A DNA stretch of 16,877 nucleotides, from positions 1 to 16,877 of the forward strand of contig JBDRDL010000078.1 of assembly GCA_043820925.1 (NCBI GenBank), given 5' to 3'. Below the pieces are notes generated by a model. It made no database searches. It was not told where the DNA came from and worked only from the letters and a program-made list of their open reading frames with translations. This document shows positions 8,752 through 15,972 of the stretch, in pieces (the first letter of the stretch is position 1; every line of letters begins with the position of its first letter). This DNA comes from Methanobacteriota archaeon. Lineage in GTDB: Archaea; Hydrothermarchaeota; Hydrothermarchaeia; Hydrothermarchaeales; JACRDW01. A program made the translations under genes and the position numbers.

Positions 8752-9202
8752 TTTCAATCCACTCGTCGAAATTTCATTTCATTCATTTCTCCTCGTGTCT
8801 TGACCCGTTATTGCAGTTCGCTTCGCACTACCGTTAGGTAGTGCGCAAGTCTGGCAGTCTTGCTTACGCAAGTGTTTTCCCCGAGGGCTTTTTTCAAAAG
8901 GGCTCATTTTCAATCCCTCGCTCACAACTCGCTTGCGTTAGCAAGACCGCAATGCTGTTGCGCCTACCTTCGGTAGCACTCGTTGCATTCGCTCTGAAAG
9001 AGCGAGCGCACGAGAGTCGCTCATGCTTTCGTTCATTCTGAACGAGTGCTCACTCGCTCTTGACCCTTGTGTAAGCAAGTTCGTGGGTCTCGGCACGAGA
9101 CGACATTCGTTCTTGCCTCTATGAAACGCTTGCTTGCGAGAGCAAGCGCAACGGTATTGCGCCCAGCTAACGCTGGTGAAGTGCTGAGAACGTGTCTTCA
9201 CC
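8749..9202. repeat. Mosaic palindromic repeat cluster B filling the purA-pyrG intergenic space
   Basis: GA-ladder units at 8749-8806 and 8905-9066. Two-hairpin modules at about 8825-8874 (inverted), 8932-8977 and 9133-9176. Terminal cgtgtcttcacc overlaps the purA stop. Confidence 0.9.
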
Positions 9203-10211
9203 TGATTTTTTCTTTTCTCAAGTCGATGGTTTCATCCAGCTCAGGTCCGGTTGAAATAATCGTTACAGGCACTCCGACTTTTTTCTCCACATCCTCTACA
9301 AACGATTTTACCTTCTGCGGTAATTTTTCGTAAGTCGCAACTCCTCTCGCAGACCTGTCAACGTAGTCTGCGCAGGTAATCGCTATCTGCGAGGCGCTGT
9401 TTATCATTGCAGCGTATCTCGCTGCTTCGAAATCGAAGCGACCGCTCCTCCGCCTTCTGCCAGTAACTGTTCCGTATTCCACGATGCCCAGCTCCTCAGC
9501 TTCTTTCTGCGGTATCTCGGTCGGAAAAGGTCCTGAGCCAACTCTAGATGGAAATGACTTGAAAACGATTATGACGTCTTTGACTTTTCTCGGACCTATT
9601 CCAACGTCGACAGCGGCCATTGCGGCAGTTGTATCTTTCGAGGTAACGAAGGGATATGTTCCGTAGAGGAGCGATAAGCCAAAACCCTGCGAGCCCTCTA
9701 TAAAAACTTTTCTTCCTTTATCTATTGCCTCGTTCACTTCTCTTGCGACGTCCGTCAGATAGGGCTTCAGCGCATCAACATCTCTTGCAAGTTTCAGGCT
9801 GCGGTTCGCCCTGTCCATATTTGCAGGTCCGCATCCCGTGCCGGTACTTCCAATTTTTCCAGAAAGGTGGTTCGAGCTTTTGTCTCTCTCCAGATGCGCT
9901 TCTTCAATTATCCCGCACCTCTCGTCTATGCCGATTCTCTTTTCTATTTCCAGAGTCTCTATCTCTTTGAGCATTACCACCGGGTTTACGAGCACACCTG
10001 CTCCAACGAGCAGCCTTGCCTTTTCGTAGAGGAACCCAGAAGGCGTCAATCTCAGGGCATACTTTTTTCCTCTAAACGTAACCGTATGCCCTGCATTCGG
10101 TCCCACACCAGCTCTAGCAATGACGTGCGGCTTGTCCTTTAGGGCGAGATAGCTGACTATCTTCCCCTTTCCTTCGTCTCCCCACTGACCGCCGACTAAA
10201 ATAGTTACCAC
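9198..10211 (-). CDS. purA: Adenylosuccinate synthetase (short archaeal type)
   Basis: [42 protein letters not shown] and [11 protein letters not shown] motifs; 337 aa. Confidence 0.97.
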   Translation of the reverse strand: MVTILVGGQWGDEGKGKIVSYLALKDKPHVIARAGVGPNAGHTVTFRGKKYALRLTPSGFLYEKARLLVGAGVLVNPVVMLKEIETLEIEKRIGIDERCGIIEEAHLERDKSSNHLSGKIGSTGTGCGPANMDRANRSLKLARDVDALKPYLTDVAREVNEAIDKGRKVFIEGSQGFGLSLLYGTYPFVTSKDTTAAMAAVDVGIGPRKVKDVIIVFKSFPSRVGSGPFPTEIPQKEAEELGIVEYGTVTGRRRRSGRFDFEAARYAAMINSASQIAITCADYVDRSARGVATYEKLPQKVKSFVEDVEKKVGVPVTIISTGPELDETIDLRKEKIR

Positions 10212-10318
10212 TGCATCAACTCCATAAAAACAGTAAATCCCTTATTTCTTATTTAGTTTATAAATATTGTGATTATTGGTAGTGTTGCATTGTAGGGACT
10301 TCTAATAATGTTTGAAGG

Positions 10319-10459
10319 TTAGCTTTTAACTCTTTTCTTTGGTTTTTCGGTAAATGACCATTCTGGATACTTCCATTTTTGAATTATAAATCGAAGTTCT
10401 GCTTCTCTCCAAGCTTCATCGTATTCGCTCTTTATTTTTTTAATTTTCCTTTCCATCAT
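10319..10459 (-). CDS. 46-aa hypothetical protein translationally coupled to the Ntn-hydrolase gene
   Basis: MMERKIKKIKSEYDEAWREAELRFIIQKWKYPEWSFTEKPKKRVKS*. ATGA overlap with the upstream stop, G-rich SD-like sequence, and it ends 5 nt from the TIR. Confidence 0.55.
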   Translation of the reverse strand: MMERKIKKIKSEYDEAWREAELRFIIQKWKYPEWSFTEKPKKRVKS

Positions 10460-11265
10460 ATCCCCCCACAATATTTATTGATTATTTCTTCTAACTTTTG
10501 CGTTATGTTTTGATTTGTATCTTGATTTATTTTAAAGTTATAAACTTTCTCAAGTTCCCTTTCAATTTCAGGAGGTATCTTATTTCCACCATTTTCTGTA
10601 ATAATTAAACTATCAGTAGCCTTTCCCACTCCTGGCGCTCTTTCTGCGACTTTCTTAGCTTCATATACAATATACAATGCCCTGCTTAATGGAGAAACAG
10701 GAGTATAGTTATTTAGTATGAAAGTGTTTTCAGCGTGAGGTAGACCACTTCCGATAGAAACATATCCGACTCTATCAAAAGATTCGACTCTTCCAGGGGG
10801 AAATATCACATATAAATGCGCTCTTTTATCTACACCACCTATCAAAATCTCTAAATCAAATTTATATCTTTCGACGCTTCCATCAAGGAATTTTATAAGG
10901 TCCGGATGTAACGCTTGTTGTTGTCCATCTCTATAAAAGCTATCTATTGTTATCCCTCTGGGTTTAAATACATCATCGTCTATCCTCTTTCTTCTCTCAT
11001 TGGCATATTCTTCTTTAACTTTGTTTGCTATTTCTGGGATGTTATTTATCCCCTTTTTATCTATTTATTCTTTTACTCTTTCAAAAAGCTCTGTTGGGAG
11101 TACTACCGTACCTGCTACTATTGCGTAGCATGTATCAGAAAGTTTTTCGATTTTACTTTCAGGATATTCATATTCGACAGAGAGATAGCTATTAGTCCAC
11201 ATCCTATCACCAAACATTATTACCTTTTTATCTTTATCGCAGATTGCTCCAATGCCTATCGTCAT
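10456..11265 (-). pseudogene. Proteasome beta-subunit-like Ntn hydrolase (269 codons) interrupted by one in-frame TAA (11065-11067)
   Basis: The ORFs 11065-11265 and 10456-10845 share one frame and the intervening sequence is open. M-T-IGIG start, GDRM, SKI, VAG, ILIGGVD..AHLY and SIGSG resemble proteasome-beta motifs. Confidence 0.75.
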
Positions 11266-11404
11266 AATACTTCCCTACTTTTACTTTGTATTTATATCAT
11301 ATCTCTTTATAAATATTAATGTTACGCTATAAAATCTTCAAGCCCCGAAATGCAGCAGTTTTATAAAACATTATTGTAAGATCCGATTACGCAACACTAC
11401 CTGA

Positions 11405-13273
11405 TTATTCGACAGTAACGCTCTTCGCAAGCGCCCTCGGCTTATCGACATCCCTTTTTAAATTCACAGCTGTGTGATAAGCGAGCAACTGGTAAATCGG
11501 GGCAAAAATTATGGGGGAAATTAACTCATCGCATTCTGGAGCTACCATGCTGGCATCGCACTGTTCCACGGACCTGCCAGAAGTTATCCCTATCACGACG
11601 CCTCCCCTTGCTTTTACCTCCTGTACGTTGCTTATTATTTTCGTCCTGTTCTCGCCCTTTGCAGGCACGATTGCTATCGTGTTCATGCCCTTATCTATCA
11701 GGGAAATCGTTCCGTGCTTCAGCATACCGCCGCTCATTCCTTCTGCGTGGTTGTAGGTTATTTCCTTCAGCTTCAGCGCTCCTTCGAGTGCGCTCGGCAG
11801 GTTTATCCCCTTGCCGATGTAGATGTAATTCTTTACTTTAAAGTACTTAGCTGCAGTTCTTTTGATTTCCTCATTCAACTTTAAAACTTCTTCAACGCAG
11901 GCAGGGCTTTTCAGCAGCTCATTCTTAATTTTTTCGACATCTCTTCCCAGTATCTCTGCCAGCTCGAGCGCAGTCCGCAGAAGTATTATAAGCTGGCTCG
12001 TAAATGTCTTGGTTGCGCAAACAGAGATTTCGATTCCTGAACCCTGAAGTACGACGTGCTCTGCCAATCTCGTTGCAGTGCTGCCTACGACATTGACGAT
12101 TGCGGCGACTTTTGCTCCCTTCTGCTTTGCATGGCGCATCGCAGCGAGGGTATCGTAGGTTTCGCCAGACTGGGTGATACCAATTACCAGAGTATTTCTA
12201 TCAATAATTCCCTTGCTCACTAACTCAGAAGCATCCACAGCAGCAATGAGTTTATCGCAGAGCTGGGAGAACCAGTACTCCGCTACCAGCGCTGCGTGCA
12301 GGCTCGTTCCAGCTGCAGCGAGATAAACTTTATCAGAATTTTTAATCATCTCAGCCAGTTTGCGGATATCTTGCGGGTAAACATGCAGCGCATTTATTAT
12401 CGTCCGGGGCTGCTCGAAGATTTCCTTGAGAATGAAGTGTTCGTAGCCTTCCTTTTCAGCAGCTTCTTCACTCCATTCTATCTTCAAAATTTCTTTCTCA
12501 AGCGCTCTTCCGGATTTTATTTCTTTTACTGCGTATTTTTTTTCAGTTATTACTGCATATTCTCCGTCGTCGATAGGAACAGCTTTTTTCGTGAAGTGCA
12601 GAAAAGATGTCACATCAGAGCCCACGAACATCTCTCCGCTTCCTATGCCGAGTGCAATCGGGCTTTCGTTTCTTGCGCAGAACAGCTTATCAGGCTCATG
12701 CGTCGAAAGCACAAGCAGCGCATACGTTCCCTCGATTTTTTTGAGGGCATCTCTCAGGGCATTTTCCAAGCTGCCATTATATCTTTCTTCTATCAAATGC
12801 GCTATGCACTCGCTGTCTGTTTCAGACCTGAATACATGCCCCCTCTTTATCAGCTCTTCTCTCAGCTCCGCATAATTGGAGATTATCCCATTGTGCACAA
12901 TTGCGATTTCTTTTTTGCAGTCCAGATGCGGGTGGGCATTTTTCCTGCTCACGTTTCCGTGAGTAGCCCAGCGAGTATGCCCTATTCCAACGCTGCCCAG
13001 AAGCTTGTCCAGTTTCAATTTTTTGTGAATCTCGTCTATCCTGCCAGCGTCTTTCCTGACGTTCAGTCTGCTCTTCCGCAAGGAAGATGGCACTTGCGAG
13101 AGCAAGACCGACTTGCTTTGCGCACTACCTTGCGGTAATGCCAGCTTCCTATCGGAATTGCTCAGCGTCGCAATTCCACAGGAGTCGTATCCCCGGTACT
13201 CCAGCCTCTTCAGATTCCTCAATAATATTAGAGCAGCTTTTTTCCTGCCAATGTAACCGACAATTCCGCACAT
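11405..13273 (-). CDS. glmS: Glutamine-fructose-6-phosphate aminotransferase (isomerizing), with a 28-aa in-frame insertion
   Basis: MCGIVG, LEYRGYDS, GHTRWATHG, SQSGET-like TQSGET, EGALKLKE and PRALAKSVTVE motifs. Confidence 0.97.
   Translation of the reverse strand: MCGIVGYIGRKKAALILLRNLKRLEYRGYDSCGIATLSNSDRKLALPQGSAQSKSVLLSQVPSSLRKSRLNVRKDAGRIDEIHKKLKLDKLLGSVGIGHTRWATHGNVSRKNAHPHLDCKKEIAIVHNGIISNYAELREELIKRGHVFRSETDSECIAHLIEERYNGSLENALRDALKKIEGTYALLVLSTHEPDKLFCARNESPIALGIGSGEMFVGSDVTSFLHFTKKAVPIDDGEYAVITEKKYAVKEIKSGRALEKEILKIEWSEEAAEKEGYEHFILKEIFEQPRTIINALHVYPQDIRKLAEMIKNSDKVYLAAAGTSLHAALVAEYWFSQLCDKLIAAVDASELVSKGIIDRNTLVIGITQSGETYDTLAAMRHAKQKGAKVAAIVNVVGSTATRLAEHVVLQGSGIEISVCATKTFTSQLIILLRTALELAEILGRDVEKIKNELLKSPACVEEVLKLNEEIKRTAAKYFKVKNYIYIGKGINLPSALEGALKLKEITYNHAEGMSGGMLKHGTISLIDKGMNTIAIVPAKGENRTKIISNVQEVKARGGVVIGITSGRSVEQCDASMVAPECDELISPIIFAPIYQLLAYHTAVNLKRDVDKPRALAKSVTVE
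13074..13157. repeat. 84-bp palindromic repeat module inserted in frame in glmS
   Basis: 19-bp inverted ends (ttccgcaaggaagatggca / tgccagcttcctatcggaa, 16/19). The interior matches 8932-8977 (direct) and 8825-8874 (inverted). Confidence 0.85.
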
Positions 13274-14748
13274 TAGGATTTCCCTTTTAGAAACTTCTTC
13301 AATTCTTTCTGCAGTATTTCGTTAACTGTCTTTCCGTCCACTTTCCCTCTCATCTCTTTCATCACAGCACCCATAAGAGGTTTTGCAGCGTTTAAGCCTT
13401 TCTCTCTCACGAATTCTTCTCTGGCTTGTAAAACATTGCGCACTATTTCTGCTATTTCTTCTTTTTCAAAGGATTCGGTCCCAACCAGCTTCAAAGCTTC
13501 TTCTACTTTCTGTTTCGGGTTTTCTGCGATTGCGGTTAGAACCTCTGGAATCGCTTCTTTCGCTATTCTGTTCTCAGCCACTAACCGAAAAACTTCCTTC
13601 AATTTTTCATCGCTTATGCTTTCCACATTATAGCCTTCTCTTTTCAGGTCTTTCAGCGTTCCGAGCAGGGTATTAGCGGCAATCGAGGGAGTGATTTTTA
13701 TTTCTTTTACAATTTCCTCGAAGAATTGCGAATGCTCGGAGTGAACGACTTGCGAGGCGAGCTCCTCGCTTAACTTGTATTCTCTTGCAAATCTCTGGAT
13801 TTTTTCCTCATAAAGCTCAGGAAGCTTTGCTTCTATAACAGCTATCCTTTCTTTTGTGATAACAATCGGCGGGATGTCTGTCTCAGGATACATCCTCGCA
13901 GCCCCGGGTAAGGGGCGCATGTACGAGGTGGTTGCATCAGGGTTCGCTGCCCTCGTCTCTTCAGGCACGCCTTCGAGGGCATCGATTAAATTTTTCTGCC
14001 TTTCTACCTCGTTCTCGATTATTTTCGGTATTTGATTCAGCTCCTGCACTCCCTTTATCTCGACCCTCGCTCCTCCTTCTATCGAAACGTTTATGTCCTG
14101 CCTTATAGTTCCTATACCTCGCTTGACCTTTCCAGTAGCCCTGAGGATTTCTCCTATTTTAAGCGCAACCTCTCTCGCCTGCTCCGGCGTTGTTATATCT
14201 GGTGCGGTTGTGATTTCGATAAGTGGAATTCCCAGCCTGTCCAGGCGGTAGATAGTTTTCTTCCCCTCCTCGGCGATTTTCCTCGCAGCTTCTTCCTCAA
14301 GGCAAATCGTCGGTATTCCCACCCTTCCTCTATCTGTCTCAAGGTAGCCGTCGAGCGCAACGATTGCAGTCCTCTGGAATCCGCTCGTATTAGACCCGTC
14401 TATGACGAGCTTTCGCATGAAGTGCACCTCGTCTACGATGTCGCACTTCAGCATCAAGGCAATTTCTGTGCATATATCAATTGCCTCCTCATTTGGCTCG
14501 TGCGGAGGCTCCTCATCCAGCTCAACCAGACAGATTGTATCTGGATAAACCTCGTAAACAAAGCTCTTCCCCTTCAGGAATTCCTCGAGCGCAGCCCTGT
14601 CTATCTCGCCCAGCTCGCTCTGCGTAGGTCTCAGCCTTCTTTCAATCGTTACTTCTGGTTTTTCTTCCCTAAGGGTGGAGGGGCACTTGCAGAAGAGTTT
14701 GTGCGTCTCAAGCTGCTGGTGAATTTCGAAGCCTATCAGCATAATCAT
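13273..14748 (-). CDS. gatE: Glu-tRNA(Gln) amidotransferase subunit E, lacking the AspRS-like insertion domain
   Basis: GFEIHQQL, DGSNTSGFQRT, LDRLGIPLIEI, GIGTIRQDINVSI and RPLPGAARMYPETD motifs; only 491 aa. Confidence 0.95.
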   Translation of the reverse strand: MIMLIGFEIHQQLETHKLFCKCPSTLREEKPEVTIERRLRPTQSELGEIDRAALEEFLKGKSFVYEVYPDTICLVELDEEPPHEPNEEAIDICTEIALMLKCDIVDEVHFMRKLVIDGSNTSGFQRTAIVALDGYLETDRGRVGIPTICLEEEAARKIAEEGKKTIYRLDRLGIPLIEITTAPDITTPEQAREVALKIGEILRATGKVKRGIGTIRQDINVSIEGGARVEIKGVQELNQIPKIIENEVERQKNLIDALEGVPEETRAANPDATTSYMRPLPGAARMYPETDIPPIVITKERIAVIEAKLPELYEEKIQRFAREYKLSEELASQVVHSEHSQFFEEIVKEIKITPSIAANTLLGTLKDLKREGYNVESISDEKLKEVFRLVAENRIAKEAIPEVLTAIAENPKQKVEEALKLVGTESFEKEEIAEIVRNVLQAREEFVREKGLNAAKPLMGAVMKEMRGKVDGKTVNEILQKELKKFLKGKS

Positions 14749-14750
14749 AT

Positions 14751-15785
14751 CTAACCCTCGAATGCATCAATTCTGCTTCTTTCAGAAATCTCGCCTGCGA
14801 TATCGGTTTGCATGAGCTTTTTTACTTCTTCGTAGTTTTTTGTATTTCCGAGAACGTGCATGAGCTTTACGTATGCAACTTCCGGGAGCATGTCTGCACA
14901 GGGTATCACGCCACGAGAGATGAGCTCCCTGCCAGTGGAGTAAACCTTCATGTCCACACGACCGTACAGGGTTTGAGTGGTCATCGCTACCGGAATTTTT
15001 TTCTCCTGCGCTTCCTCTATCACAGGAAGAAGATTCTCAGGTACGTGACCCAAGCCCGTGCCTTCGAGTACGATGCCTTTGTAGTTTTTTATAAAATACC
15101 CGAGAACTTCTTCGCTAATTCCAGGATAAATTTTTACGAGAGCAACCCTCTCTTCGAGCTTCTCATTCACCACAACTTTCTCCTCCCTTCGCTTCCTGTA
15201 GTCTTGCAGAATTTTTATTCTCTCTCGCACTTCTCCAATTGGGAGTGCATTTACGCTTTTGAACGCATCTCTTCGAGAGGAGTGCATTTTCCTGACTGTA
15301 GTACCCCTGTGAATTAAGCAGAAGTCGTCGCTTGTCGAACCGTGCATTACAACGACGACCTCCCCTATATCTGAGGTCGCTGCCTTTACTGCGGAGGCGA
15401 GATTCAAAGAGGCATCGCTGGAAGGGCGGTCGCTGGAGCGCTGGGAGCCTACGAGCACGACAGGCTTGTAAAGATTCTTGAGCAGAAAGCTTAACGCAGC
15501 AGAGGTATATGCGAGGGTATCTGTGCCATGCGCAATAACGATGCCGCTTGTGCCTGAGTTCAATTCCTTTGCGCATTCTCTTGCAATCTCTACCCAGAGC
15601 TTTGGCTTCATGTTCTCGCTGAGGATGTTGAATAGAAGCTTTGTCTTTATTTCCGCCAGCTCTTTCAGCTCCGGAACTGCATTTATCAGCTCCTCTGTAG
15701 AAAAAGCAGGGTGTACTGCCCCTGTGCTGTAGTCTATTTTCGAGGCTATTGTGCCGCCTGTGCCGATAATGGTTACCTTATTCAA
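14751..15785 (-). CDS. gatD: GatD asparaginase-like catalytic region (C-terminal part of a split gatD)
   Basis: TGGTIASKIDY, HGTDT, GSQRSSDRPSSD and RKMHSSRRDAF motifs. Only a TTG start is available, overlapping the upstream ORF. Confidence 0.9.
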   Translation of the reverse strand: MNKVTIIGTGGTIASKIDYSTGAVHPAFSTEELINAVPELKELAEIKTKLLFNILSENMKPKLWVEIARECAKELNSGTSGIVIAHGTDTLAYTSAALSFLLKNLYKPVVLVGSQRSSDRPSSDASLNLASAVKAATSDIGEVVVVMHGSTSDDFCLIHRGTTVRKMHSSRRDAFKSVNALPIGEVRERIKILQDYRKRREEKVVVNEKLEERVALVKIYPGISEEVLGYFIKNYKGIVLEGTGLGHVPENLLPVIEEAQEKKIPVAMTTQTLYGRVDMKVYSTGRELISRGVIPCADMLPEVAYVKLMHVLGNTKNYEEVKKLMQTDIAGEISERSRIDAFEG

Positions 15786-15972
15786 TTTTGATTCCTCCCA
15801 CGTTTATGCCTATATTGTAGCCACTCTTGAGCTTGATAACTATGTGCTCCTCGTCGCCGAGCTCGCTTCTCGGCATTAGAATTCCCTCAAAACATTTCTC
15901 CCCTTTTTTGACCTTGATTTTATCCCCAACTTTGATTCCCTTCAGAATTTTTCCAGCTTTCCCCCTGTACAT
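15778..15972 (-). CDS. gatD: GatD N-terminal domain (N-terminal part of a split gatD)
   Basis: VGDKIKV...EGILMPRSELGDEEHIVIKLKSGYNIGI is the characteristic GatD N-domain. It stops at IKIE*. Confidence 0.88.
   Translation of the reverse strand: MYRGKAGKILKGIKVGDKIKVKKGEKCFEGILMPRSELGDEEHIVIKLKSGYNIGINVGGIKIE

Larger units (their letters stand above)
10278..11401. mobile_element. Non-autonomous cargo-carrying insertion element (no transposase), 1124 bp
   Basis: Imperfect 36-bp TIRs at 10278-10313 and 11366-11401 (28/36 match, perfect terminal GGTAGTGTTGC and internal AATAATGTTT). Perfect 8-bp flanking duplication TGATTATT at 10270-10277 and 11402-11409. Interior is visibly more AT-rich than the flanks. 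Confidence 0.88.

Noticed and set aside
8749..9202. CRISPR array (GGATTGAAA resembles archaeal CRISPR repeat ends)
   Set aside because: No regular repeat-spacer periodicity, the intervening sequences are themselves repeated hairpins, and there are no cas genes in the window.
8841..9333. Short ORFs in the purA-pyrG gap
   Set aside because: They are translations of palindromic repeats, with no SD or recognisable motif.
13074..13157. Intein in GlmS
   Set aside because: Only 28 aa, with no Cys/Ser...His-Asn splice motifs, and the DNA matches the intergenic repeats.
12296..15317. Long + strand ORFs (e.g. 12296-13138, 14032-14754, 14808-15317)
   Set aside because: They are antisense shadows of glmS, gatE and gatD. 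The same applies to similar ORFs opposite tgtA, nnr, guaAB, pyrG and argH.
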